Positions 22,595 through 31,798 of a stretch of DNA of 64,000 nt are shown piece by piece. Location of the stretch: NCBI RefSeq assembly GCF_055900595.2, contig NZ_CM148325.1. The stretch is one strand, 5' to 3'. The first letter of the stretch is position 1, and every line of letters begins with the position of its first letter. Below the pieces are notes generated by a model that worked only from the letters and a program-made list of their open reading frames with translations, had not been told where the DNA came from and ran no database searches. The translations under genes and the position numbers were made by a program.

Positions 22595-24160
22595 TTATGC
22601 TGTTTTGGTGCGAATCAGGTAGTCAAAAGCACTCAGAGAGGCTTTGGCACCTTCGCCAGTGGCGATGATGATCTGCTTGTACGGAACCGTTGTACAGTCA
22701 CCCGCAGCGAACACGCCTTTGACGTTGGTTTCGCATTTCGCATCAATGATAATCTCGCCCATGCGGTTACGTTCGACTGCGCCTTCGAGCCAGTTGGTGT
22801 TCGGCAGCAGACCAATCTGGACGAAAATACCGGCCAGTTCGATGTTGTGAATATCGCCGCTGACACGATCGCGATATTCCAGACCAACAACTTTGCTGCC
22901 GTCGCCTTTCACTTCCGTGGTTTGCGCATTCAGAATAATGTCGACGTTTTTCAGGCTGCGCAGTTTGTCCTGCAGAACCTGGTCGGCTTTCATTTCTGGC
23001 GCAAATTCCAGCAGAGTTACGTGCTCAACGATACCCGCCAGGTCGATTGCCGCTTCCACGCCGGAGTTACCGCCGCCGATGACCGCTACGCGTTTGCCTT
23101 TAAACAGCGGGCCGTCGCAGTGCGGGCAGTAGGTCACGCCTTTGGTGCGATATTGATCTTCGCCCGGAACGTTCATGTTACGCCATTTTGCACCGGTCGC
23201 CACGATAATACTGCGTGCTTTCAGTACCGCGCCAGAAGCTGTTTCAATCTGATGCAGGCCGCCTTCAACCGCTGCCGGGATCAGTTTGCTGGCGCTCTGG
23301 CTGTCGATCACATCAACGTCGTATTCATCAACGTGAACTTTCAGCGCACCTGCCAGCTTCTGCCCTTCGGTCTTCGGTACAGAAATGTAGTTTTCGATAT
23401 CAACGGTATCGAGGATCTGACCACCAAAACGTTCGCCCATCAGACCAGTACGAATACCTTTACGTGCGGAGTAAATTGCTGCCGCTGCACCCGCAGGGCC
23501 GGAACCAACGATTAATACGTCATAAGCATCACGCTTGTTCAGCTCTTCTGCCGCACGTTTTTCCGCGCCAGTATCGATTTTGGCGACGATTTCGGAAATA
23601 GTCATGCGGCCCTGACCAAACTCTTTCCCGTTTACGAACACTGCCGGAACGCCCATCACGTTGCGATCGGTGATTTCGTTCTGGAAGGTGCCGCCGTCAA
23701 TTGCCGTATGCTTGATGCGCGGGTTCAGTACGCTCATCAGGTTCAGCGCCTGCACCACGTCCGGGCAGTTGTGGCAAGAGAGCGAGTAATAGGTTTCGAA
23801 TTCAAAATCACCGTCAATATGGCGAATCTGCTCCAGCAGAGACTGCGCTTCTTTCGACGGATGACCACCGGTCCACAACAACGCCAGTACCAGCGAGGTG
23901 AACTCGTGGCCCAGCGGGGAACCTGCAAAACGTGGCCCCTGGTTGGAACCTGGGTTAGTGATCAGGAAAGACGGCTTACGCACCGGCAAGCTGTTATCTT
24001 CTTTAAAGGTGACTTTGTCTGACAGTTCTGCGATTTCAGCCAACAGTTCCTTGATTTCTGCCGATTTAGCGCTGTCATCCAGCGTGGCAATTAACTCAAC
24101 AGGCTTGGTCAATTTCTCAAGGTAAGCCTTGAGTTGAGTTTTCATATTTGTGTCGAGCAT
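22595..24160 (-). CDS. ahpF: Alkyl hydroperoxide reductase subunit F (flavoprotein disulfide reductase)
   Basis: ORF trimmed to [13 protein letters not shown]... (521 aa), AGGAG RBS; CxxC motifs (CHNC, CPHC) and FAD/NAD folds. Confidence 0.95.
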   Translation of the reverse strand: MLDTNMKTQLKAYLEKLTKPVELIATLDDSAKSAEIKELLAEIAELSDKVTFKEDNSLPVRKPSFLITNPGSNQGPRFAGSPLGHEFTSLVLALLWTGGHPSKEAQSLLEQIRHIDGDFEFETYYSLSCHNCPDVVQALNLMSVLNPRIKHTAIDGGTFQNEITDRNVMGVPAVFVNGKEFGQGRMTISEIVAKIDTGAEKRAAEELNKRDAYDVLIVGSGPAGAAAAIYSARKGIRTGLMGERFGGQILDTVDIENYISVPKTEGQKLAGALKVHVDEYDVDVIDSQSASKLIPAAVEGGLHQIETASGAVLKARSIIVATGAKWRNMNVPGEDQYRTKGVTYCPHCDGPLFKGKRVAVIGGGNSGVEAAIDLAGIVEHVTLLEFAPEMKADQVLQDKLRSLKNVDIILNAQTTEVKGDGSKVVGLEYRDRVSGDIHNIELAGIFVQIGLLPNTNWLEGAVERNRMGEIIIDAKCETNVKGVFAAGDCTTVPYKQIIIATGEGAKASLSAFDYLIRTKTA

Positions 24161-24330
24161 GTTTATCTCCTGGGCTTTAAACATCATCATGCAAGCGGCC
24201 TCTGCGGCTACCTGGATGCAGCTTGCATCATGGTGCGGGGAAGAAAATCGGGTGCCGCAGCACCCGAAGAATTAGGTGAATTTCCGAAGTATTTCGCGCC
24301 GGAGTTGGTAGCGCGAAAGACGAAGGAAAT

Positions 24331-24894
24331 TTAGATTTTACCAACCAGGTCCAGAGACGGAGCCAGAGTTGCTTCACCTTCTTTCCATTTAGCCGGGCAA
24401 ACTTCACCTGGGTGAGAAGCTACGTACTGTGCTGCTTTGATTTTACGCAGCAGGTCAGACGCGTCACGGCCAATGCCTTCAGCGGTAACTTCGATTGCCT
24501 GGATGATACCCTGCGGGTCAACAACGAAGGTCGCACGGTCAGCCAGACCTTCATCTTCACGCATGTTGTCGAAGTTACGGGTCAGGGCGCCAGTCGGGTC
24601 GCCGATCATCGCATATTTGATTTTAGCGATAGTTTCAGAGCTGCTGTGCCATGCTTTGTGGGTGAAGTGAGTATCGGTAGATACTGCGTATACATCTACG
24701 CCCAGTTTCTGCAGTTCTTCGTAGTGGTCAGCAACGTCACCCAGTTCGGTCGGGCATACGAAAGTAAAGTCAGCCGGGTAGAAGAAGAAGACGCTCCAGC
24801 GGCCTTCGGTATCTTTTTCGGTGATTTCGATGAATTCGCCGTTTTTGAATGCCTGGTTTTTAAAAGGTTTAATTTTGGTGTTAATCAAGGACAT
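24331..24894 (-). CDS. ahpC: Alkyl hydroperoxide reductase subunit C (2-Cys peroxiredoxin)
   Basis: 187-aa [24 protein letters not shown]... with peroxidatic FTFVCPTE and resolving VCP motifs. Confidence 0.97.
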   Translation of the reverse strand: MSLINTKIKPFKNQAFKNGEFIEITEKDTEGRWSVFFFYPADFTFVCPTELGDVADHYEELQKLGVDVYAVSTDTHFTHKAWHSSSETIAKIKYAMIGDPTGALTRNFDNMREDEGLADRATFVVDPQGIIQAIEVTAEGIGRDASDLLRKIKAAQYVASHPGEVCPAKWKEGEATLAPSLDLVGKI

Positions 24895-25266
24895 CTATAC
24901 TTCCTCCGTGTTTTCGATGAGATGTAAGGTAACCAATTTTTGCCGATTCGGCTAATGCGTTTCCATTATCAAATCGATAAGTTTTACCTTACAACCGTCG
25001 TAAGACAACTTTGTGAACTTTGCACCGCCAGTGGCGATAAAAAGTAAAATGGGCCCTCTTTCCAGGTGACCGTGTAATCTGAACTACCCTTTGGTATCTT
25101 CAGCGCCTGCCTGCAGGCTGTGGTGTTGCCCTTACAAATGCAACAACGACATGGATTACAACACCCTCATAAACAAAGGGCAATCACCTGATCTAAGCTC
25201 TTACCTATGACAGTGATAGGTTATGCCTTTTACTCCATTTTTGCACTGACTGAAAAGGACAAATTA
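24895..25266. promoter_or_regulatory. Divergent ahpC / dsbG promoter region (expected OxyR-controlled)
   Basis: 372-bp spacer between divergent starts; OxyR control of ahpCF and dsbG is established knowledge. Exact operator not resolved from sequence. Confidence 0.5.
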
Positions 25267-26013
25267 ATGTTAAAAAAGATACTTTTACTGGCTCTGCTTC
25301 CTACAATCGCCTTTGCAGAGGAACTTCCTGCTCCGGTAAAAGCGATTGAAAAACAGGGCATTAAGATCATCAAAACGTTCGATGCCCCCGGCGGAATGAA
25401 AGGTTATCTCGGCAAGTATCAGGATATGGGCGTCACCATCTACCTGACTCCAGATGGTAAGCACGCTATCTCTGGTTACATGTACAACGAGAAAGGTGAA
25501 AACCTGAGTAACATGCTTATCGAAAAAGAAATTTATGCGCCAGCCGGACGCGAAATGTGGCAACGGATGGAACAATCGCACTGGCTCCTCGACGGTAAAA
25601 AAGACGCGCCAGTCATAGTCTACGTTTTCGCCGATCCGTTCTGCCCATATTGTAAACAGTTCTGGCAGCAGGCGCGCCCGTGGGTTGATTCTGGCAAAGT
25701 ACAGTTGAGAACATTGTTGGTTGGGGTTATCAAACCAGAAAGTCCGGCGACAGCCGCGGCAATTCTGGCCTCTAAAGATCCCGCAAAAACCTGGCAAGAA
25801 TATGAAGCCTCTGGCGGCAAACTTAAGCTAAATGTGCCTACAAACGTAAGTGCAGAGCAAATGAAAGTGTTAAGCGACAACGAGAAACTCATGGACGATC
25901 TGGGGGCAAATGTCACACCGGCTATCTATTACATGAGTAAGGAAAATACGCTGCAACAGGCCGTGGGGTTGCCCGATCAGAAAACGCTTAATATCATCAT
26001 GAGAAATAAATAG
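25267..26013 (+). CDS. dsbG: Periplasmic thiol:disulfide interchange protein DsbG
   Basis: ORF trimmed to [17 protein letters not shown]... (248 aa); thioredoxin CPYC active site. Confidence 0.93.
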   Translation: MLKKILLLALLPTIAFAEELPAPVKAIEKQGIKIIKTFDAPGGMKGYLGKYQDMGVTIYLTPDGKHAISGYMYNEKGENLSNMLIEKEIYAPAGREMWQRMEQSHWLLDGKKDAPVIVYVFADPFCPYCKQFWQQARPWVDSGKVQLRTLLVGVIKPESPATAAAILASKDPAKTWQEYEASGGKLKLNVPTNVSAEQMKVLSDNEKLMDDLGANVTPAIYYMSKENTLQQAVGLPDQKTLNIIMRNK

Positions 26014-26220
26014 AAGGTAATTCATGGGTGGTTGAAATACATTCTTGCTTTTCAACCATTCTAAAAACGCATGAATTGCTTCTTCCCCTCCTGACAACTG
26101 TGTTACTTTAGAAAAACTTAATCCAGAGTTAAGTAATAAAACATAACAAATATAAATAAAACAGTAGAATCATTGATTACAAGAATGATTTATGGAAAAG
26201 ATAATATAACGGAGTATGTT

Positions 26221-27123
26221 ATGGCTAATCTTTATGATTTAAAAAAATTCGACCTCAATTTACTGGTCATATTTGAGTGCATTTATCAACACCTCAGCAT
26301 TAGCAAAGCAGCAGAATCATTATATATAACGCCATCTGCCGTTAGTCAGTCGTTACAACGTTTACGCGCGCAATTTAATGACCCGTTATTCATCCGCTCA
26401 GGGAAAGGTATCGCGCCGACTACAACAGGGTTAAATCTGCATCACCATCTTGAGAAAAATCTCCGAGGCCTTGAACAAACGATCAATATCGTTAATAAGT
26501 CTGAGCTGAAGAAAAATTTTATTATCTACGGTCCTCAGCTTATTTCTTGTAGTAATAACAACATGCTAATCCGCTGTCTAAGACAAGATACTTCAATCGA
26601 TATAGAATGCCATGACATACTGCTTTCAGCTGAAAACGCTGAAGAATTGTTAGTTCAACGCAAAGCTGACCTGGCAATTACACTGCAACCAGTAATTAGC
26701 CGCTCTGTCATCTGCATGCCGGTACATACTATTCGCAATTCTCTTATATGTAGCAACAAACATCCTCGTATTACCGATACCAGTAACTATGAACAAATTA
26801 TCGCCGAAGAATTCACCTTGTTGATATCTAAATCAGCAGGGATTGACGAAATTCAAATGGACATAGATGAACGTTTTATGAACCGTAAAGTTTCATTTCG
26901 CAGTTCTTCTTTGTTGACGATAATTAATAGTATTTCTGTTACTGACTTATTGGGCATTGTGCCCACCGAACTGTACGATTTACATCGTGATTTTTTGAAG
27001 TTACAAGAGATAAAACTGGAACGACCACTTCCTACGGTTAAACTTTATATTTCCTATAACAAGGCTTCGTTGAACAACCTTGTCTTCTCACGATTCATAG
27101 ATCGTTTAAATGATAGCTTCTGA
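26221..27123 (+). CDS. ybdO: LysR-family transcriptional regulator YbdO
   Basis: Start taken at MANLYDLKKFDLNLL... (300 aa, GGAG RBS); N-terminal HTH; strongly AT-rich coding sequence. Confidence 0.85.
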   Translation: MANLYDLKKFDLNLLVIFECIYQHLSISKAAESLYITPSAVSQSLQRLRAQFNDPLFIRSGKGIAPTTTGLNLHHHLEKNLRGLEQTINIVNKSELKKNFIIYGPQLISCSNNNMLIRCLRQDTSIDIECHDILLSAENAEELLVQRKADLAITLQPVISRSVICMPVHTIRNSLICSNKHPRITDTSNYEQIIAEEFTLLISKSAGIDEIQMDIDERFMNRKVSFRSSSLLTIINSISVTDLLGIVPTELYDLHRDFLKLQEIKLERPLPTVKLYISYNKASLNNLVFSRFIDRLNDSF

Positions 27124-27269
27124 TTTATTACCACGGATAAATGTTATATTACGCATCAATTGATTCATTGTGTGAATATAAAATAATGTGCTCTATCTTG
27201 CTTCGTTTACCCTATAATTAGCGGATTCATCTCACAAGTCACCCAGTAACGTTCAGAGAGCGTTTTCAG

Positions 27270-28490
27270 ATGTCTATTTATAAAATCCCTCTTCCGCTGA
27301 ATATTTTAGAAGCTGCACAGGAACGTATTACCTGGACACTTAACACATTGCCCCGTGTTTGCGTTTCTTTTTCGAGGGGTAAAGATTCCGGATTAATGCT
27401 GCATCTTACCGCCGAACTTGCCAGAAAATTGGGAAAAAAAATCTGCGTTTTGTTTATCGACTGGGAAGCACAGTTCTCTTGTACCATCGACTATGTACAG
27501 TCGTTACGCGAGTTGTATACCGACGTTATTGAAGAGTTTTACTGGGTAGCACTCCCACTCAAGACGCAAAATTCCCTTTCACAATACCAACCAGAATGGC
27601 AGTGCTGGGAATCTGATGTCGAATGGGTGCGTCAGCCCCCGCAAGAAGCGATAACCGATCCTGACTTTTTCTCCTTTTACCAGCCAGGCATGACCTTCGA
27701 ACAATTTGTACGTGAGTTTGCCGAATGGTTTTCACAAAAACGTCCGGCGGCGATGATGATCGGCATCCGTGCGGATGAGTCCTACAACCGTTTTGTCGCC
27801 ATCGCCAGTTTAAGTAAACAACGTTTTGCCGATGATAAGCCCTGGACCACAGCCGCACCAGGCGGTCACAGCTGGTACATTTACCCCATCTACGACTGGA
27901 AAGTAGCTGATATCTGGACCTGGTATGCTAATCATAAATCCCTATGTAACCCATTGTATAATATCATGTATCAGGCAGGCGTTCCCCTGCGTCATATGCG
28001 AATTTGCGAACCTTTTGGCCCGGAGCAACGGCAAGGATTATGGCTCTATCACGTTATCGAACCGGATCGCTGGGCTGCTATGTGCGCACGAGTTAGCGGG
28101 GTAAAAAGTGGCGGCATTTACGCCGGACATGACAATCATTTTTATGGTCATCGGAAAATCCTCAAACCAGAGCATTTAGACTGGCAAGAGTATGCATTAT
28201 TGCTGCTTGATAGCATGCCGGAGAAAACGGCTGAGCATTACCGCAACAAAATTGCCATTTACTTGCATTGGTATCAGAAAAAAGGTGTCGAGGTGCCACA
28301 GACCCAGCACGGGGACATTGGCGCGAAAGATATCCCCTCCTGGCGGCGAATTTGCAAGGTGTTACTGAATAACGATTACTGGTGTCGGGCATTATCATTT
28401 AGCCCAACCAAAGCGAAGAATTATCAGCGTTATAACGAACGGATAAAAGTAAAACGTCAGGAGTGGGGAATACTATGCAACAACAATTAA
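27270..28490 (+). CDS. ybdN: PAPS-reductase-like / PP-loop ATP-pyrophosphatase superfamily protein YbdN (function unknown)
   Basis: 406-aa ORF; N-terminal PP-loop-like motif VSFSRGKDSG; recognised as YbdN. Confidence 0.88.
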   Translation: MSIYKIPLPLNILEAAQERITWTLNTLPRVCVSFSRGKDSGLMLHLTAELARKLGKKICVLFIDWEAQFSCTIDYVQSLRELYTDVIEEFYWVALPLKTQNSLSQYQPEWQCWESDVEWVRQPPQEAITDPDFFSFYQPGMTFEQFVREFAEWFSQKRPAAMMIGIRADESYNRFVAIASLSKQRFADDKPWTTAAPGGHSWYIYPIYDWKVADIWTWYANHKSLCNPLYNIMYQAGVPLRHMRICEPFGPEQRQGLWLYHVIEPDRWAAMCARVSGVKSGGIYAGHDNHFYGHRKILKPEHLDWQEYALLLLDSMPEKTAEHYRNKIAIYLHWYQKKGVEVPQTQHGDIGAKDIPSWRRICKVLLNNDYWCRALSFSPTKAKNYQRYNERIKVKRQEWGILCNNN

Positions 28491-29092
28491 CGCAGGATTT
28501 AACCCAATTTCTCGCCAGCTTGCCGGAAGACGATCGCATCAAAGCGATTAACGAAATCCGCCTGGCGATCCATCAGGTTAGCCCCTTTCGTGAAGAGCCA
28601 GTAGATTGTGTTCTGTGGGTTAAAAACAGCCAACTTATGCCAAATGATTACAACCCAAACAATGTGGCACCGCCCGAGAAAAAACTGTTACAAAAATCCA
28701 TTGAGATAGATGGTTTTACCCAACCTATTGTGGTCACGCACACAGATAAAAATGCTCTGGAAATCGTGGATGGCTTTCACCGTCATGAAATTGGTAAAGG
28801 CTCTAACACGTTAAAAATGCGATTAAAAGGATATTTACCGGTCACCTGTCTGGAAGGAACACGTAACGAACGCATCGCCGCGACTATTCGTCATAACCGC
28901 GCTCGTGGACGCCACCAAATTACAGCCATGTCAGAAATCGTTCGTGAACTCAGCCAGTTAGGATGGGACGACAATAAAATCGGCAAAGAGCTGGGTATGG
29001 ACAGCGACGAAGTGTTGCGCCTGAAACAAATTAACGGCCTGCAAGAGTTATTTGCTGACCGTCAATATTCCCGCGCCTGGACAGTAAAATAA
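28463..29092 (+). CDS. ybdM: ParB/sulfiredoxin-fold (ParB-like nuclease domain) protein YbdM (function unknown)
   Basis: 209-aa ORF from GTG 28463, overlapping ybdN by 28 nt (alternative ATG at 28475); DGFHRH motif resembling the GxHR signature of ParB/Srx/DndB-like proteins. Confidence 0.82.
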   Translation: MGNTMQQQLTQDLTQFLASLPEDDRIKAINEIRLAIHQVSPFREEPVDCVLWVKNSQLMPNDYNPNNVAPPEKKLLQKSIEIDGFTQPIVVTHTDKNALEIVDGFHRHEIGKGSNTLKMRLKGYLPVTCLEGTRNERIAATIRHNRARGRHQITAMSEIVRELSQLGWDDNKIGKELGMDSDEVLRLKQINGLQELFADRQYSRAWTVK

Positions 29093-30253
29093 TTACAGCT
29101 GGCGCAGGCGTTCAGCTGCCGCCAGCAACGTCGATTCCTTCTTGGCAAAACAGAGACGAATGAGCTTATGGGGGAAGGGATCGGCGCAAAATACCGACAG
29201 CGGGATCGCCGCCACGCCATGCTCCCGCGTCAGCCACTGGCAAAACTCAACGTCATCCAGCGAAGAAACCGCGCTGTAATCCACCAGCAAAAAGTAAGTG
29301 CCTTCGCACGGTAAAATCTCCAGCCGACTCTCACTTAAGGCGTTCACCAGAATATCGCGCTTCTGGCGATAAAAGTCCGGTAACGCAAGGTAGTGTTCAG
29401 GTTCTGCTCGCAGCATATCGGCAAGGGCCAGCTGCGCCGGGGTATTCACCGAAAAAGTCAGATACTGATGCACTTTGCGGATCTCGGCGCTGATGGGCGC
29501 AGGCGCAACGCAATAGCCCACTTTCCAGCCGGTCATATGATAGGTCTTGCCAAACGATGACACCGCCACCGCCCGCTCACGCAGTTGCGGATGCGCCAGC
29601 ACACTGGCATGGCCCTGCTGTGAAAAGTTGATATGCTCGTAAACTTCATCGCTAATGACAAAAATCTCGTGCCCGGCAATTGCCTGCCACAAAGCGGAAA
29701 AATCAGTCTGCTGCCAGACAGTAGCACTGGGGTTATGCGGGGTGTTAAGGATCACCAGTCGGGTGCGCTCGCTTAACAATGCGGCAAATTCCTGCCAGTC
29801 CACGCGAAAATGCGGTGGTTGCAGTGCAATACGTTTCACTATTCCACCCGCAAGCGTGATGGCGGGGGCGTAACTGTCATAGCTGGGATCAAAGCAAATC
29901 ACTTCATCGCCATTGCGCACCAATGCAGTAATCGCTGCGTACAGCGCTTCCGTCGCCCCTGCTGTTACGGTGATATCGCTGTCGGCATCTGGTTGATAGC
30001 CATACAGCCGTTCCGTTTTCTGAACAATCGCCTCGCGCAAGGCCTGCACGCCGGTCATGGGTGCGTATTGGTTTGCTCCGTGGGCAACGTGGTACGCCAG
30101 CCGTTCCTGCAAATAGCGCGGACCATCAAAATCAGGAAAGCCTTGCGACAGGTTAATCGCCTGGTGTTGCTGCGCCAGTGCGCTCATCTGGGTGAAAATA
30201 GTGGTGCCAAGTTGTGGAAGTTTGCTTTGTGGAATCAGAGGGTTATTTGTCAT
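29093..30253 (-). CDS. ybdL: Methionine aminotransferase (PLP-dependent)
   Basis: ORF trimmed to MTNNPLIPQSKLPQLG... (386 aa); PLP-lysine context SFGKTY. Confidence 0.92.
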   Translation of the reverse strand: MTNNPLIPQSKLPQLGTTIFTQMSALAQQHQAINLSQGFPDFDGPRYLQERLAYHVAHGANQYAPMTGVQALREAIVQKTERLYGYQPDADSDITVTAGATEALYAAITALVRNGDEVICFDPSYDSYAPAITLAGGIVKRIALQPPHFRVDWQEFAALLSERTRLVILNTPHNPSATVWQQTDFSALWQAIAGHEIFVISDEVYEHINFSQQGHASVLAHPQLRERAVAVSSFGKTYHMTGWKVGYCVAPAPISAEIRKVHQYLTFSVNTPAQLALADMLRAEPEHYLALPDFYRQKRDILVNALSESRLEILPCEGTYFLLVDYSAVSSLDDVEFCQWLTREHGVAAIPLSVFCADPFPHKLIRLCFAKKESTLLAAAERLRQL

Positions 30254-30361
30254 TTTTATTGTGCCTGACAAAGTTGCGTGTTGAAGCCACTATAACACGA
30301 TGCTAGTATTTGGCAATCAAGACGTTTAGATGTCTAAATAAAACAATAAGGACAACACAAC

Positions 30362-31450
30362 ATGCCTCACAATCCTATCCGCGTCGTCGTTGGCCCTGCT
30401 AACTACTTTTCTCATCCCGGCAGTCTCAATCACCTGCATGATTTTTTCACTGATGAACAACTTTCTCGCGCAGTGTGGATCTACGGTGAACGTGCACTTG
30501 CCGCGGCGCAAACCAAACTTCCATCGGCGTTTGAACTGCCAGGAGCAAAGCATATTTTGTTTCGCGGTCATTGCAGTGAAAGCAATGTGCAACAACTGGC
30601 GGCTGAGTCCGGTGACGATCGCAGCGTGGTGATTGGCGTCGGCGGCGGCGCACTGCTCGACACCGCGAAAGCCCTCGCCCGCCGTCTCGGTCTGCCGTTT
30701 GTTGCCGTTCCAACGATTGCCGCTACCTGCGCTGCCTGGACACCACTCTCTGTCTGGTACAACGATGCCGGACAGGCGCTACATTATGAGATTTTTGACG
30801 ACGCCAATTTTATGGTGCTGGTGGAACCGGAGATAATCCTCAATGCGCCGCAAGAATATCTGCTGGCAGGAATCGGTGACACGCTGGCGAAATGGTATGA
30901 AGCGGTGGTGCTGGCTCCTCAGCCAGAAACGCTGCCGCTAACCGTGCGGCTGGGAATCAATAATGCGCAGGTCATTCGCGACGCCTTGTTAAACAGTAGC
31001 GAACAGGCGCTTGCCGATCAGCAAAATCAGCAGTTAACGCAATCATTTTGCGATGTGGTCGATGCGATTATCGCCGGAGGCGGAATGGTCGGTGGTCTGG
31101 GCGATCGTTTTACGCGTGTGGCGGCGGCCCATGCCGTGCATAACGGTCTGACCGTTTTGCCGCAAACCGAGAAGTTTCTCCACGGCACCAAAGTCGCCTA
31201 CGGAATTCTGGTGCAAAGCGCCTTGCTGGGTCAGGATGATGTGCTGGCGCAATTAACCGGGGCGCATCAGCGTTTTCATCTGCCGACCACGCTGGCGGAG
31301 CTGGAAGTGGATATCAATAATCAGGCAGAGATCGACAAAGTGATTGCGCACACCTTGCGTCCGGCGGAATCCATTCATTACCTGCCGGTCACGCTGACAC
31401 CAGATACGTTGCGTGCAGCGTTCGAAAAAGTGGAATCGTTTAAAGTCTGA
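30362..31450 (+). CDS. ybdH: Hydroxycarboxylate dehydrogenase (iron-containing alcohol dehydrogenase family)
   Basis: 362-aa ORF MPHNPIRVVVGPANYFSHPGSL... matches YbdH; GGGxxxD NAD motif. Confidence 0.9.
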   Translation: MPHNPIRVVVGPANYFSHPGSLNHLHDFFTDEQLSRAVWIYGERALAAAQTKLPSAFELPGAKHILFRGHCSESNVQQLAAESGDDRSVVIGVGGGALLDTAKALARRLGLPFVAVPTIAATCAAWTPLSVWYNDAGQALHYEIFDDANFMVLVEPEIILNAPQEYLLAGIGDTLAKWYEAVVLAPQPETLPLTVRLGINNAQVIRDALLNSSEQALADQQNQQLTQSFCDVVDAIIAGGGMVGGLGDRFTRVAAAHAVHNGLTVLPQTEKFLHGTKVAYGILVQSALLGQDDVLAQLTGAHQRFHLPTTLAELEVDINNQAEIDKVIAHTLRPAESIHYLPVTLTPDTLRAAFEKVESFKV

Positions 31451-31459
31451 CGTACAGAT

Positions 31460-31657
31460 TTAGCAGCAGCGCGCGCCACCTTTTCCACCGTAGCGCGCGT
31501 CCTGCCGCTCACGGAAAAACTCCTCGTAGGTCATCGGCGTTTGATCGGGATGGTTAACCCGCATATGTTCGACATAGTTGTCGTAATCGGGCATACCAAT
31601 CATCAGCTTCGCTGCCTGACCTAAATATTTTCCGGCTTTTGCCAGTGAATCAAACAT
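31460..31657 (-). CDS. ybdD: Small DUF466-family protein YbdD, encoded with cstA
   Basis: 65-aa [33 protein letters not shown]...; GGAGG 5 nt upstream of the ATG. Confidence 0.85.
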   Translation of the reverse strand: MFDSLAKAGKYLGQAAKLMIGMPDYDNYVEHMRVNHPDQTPMTYEEFFRERQDARYGGKGGARCC

Positions 31658-31721
31658 CAATACCTCCGGTAATCAGATTGCTGAGAGAGTGCATTAATAG
31701 CTATCAACGCGCTCGGTCAGT

Positions 31722-31793
31722 CCCCTCGCCCCACCGGGGAGAGGGTTAGGGTGAGGGGGAACCCTAGGCACTACGCCAACATCCCCCTCACTC
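31722..31793. repeat. GC-rich imperfect-palindromic intergenic element between cstA and ybdD
   Basis: cccctcgccccaccggggagagggttagggtgaggggg...ccccctcactc: repeated CCCCTC/GAGGGG units able to form alternative hairpins. Confidence 0.55.
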
Positions 31794-31798
31794 TGACT

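Noticed and set aside
31661-31798. Possibility that the GC-rich cstA-ybdD element is a CRISPR remnant or small RNA gene
   Set aside because: It is a single copy, with no regularly spaced direct repeats and no promoter-like sequence; it fits better as a dispersed palindromic intergenic repeat.
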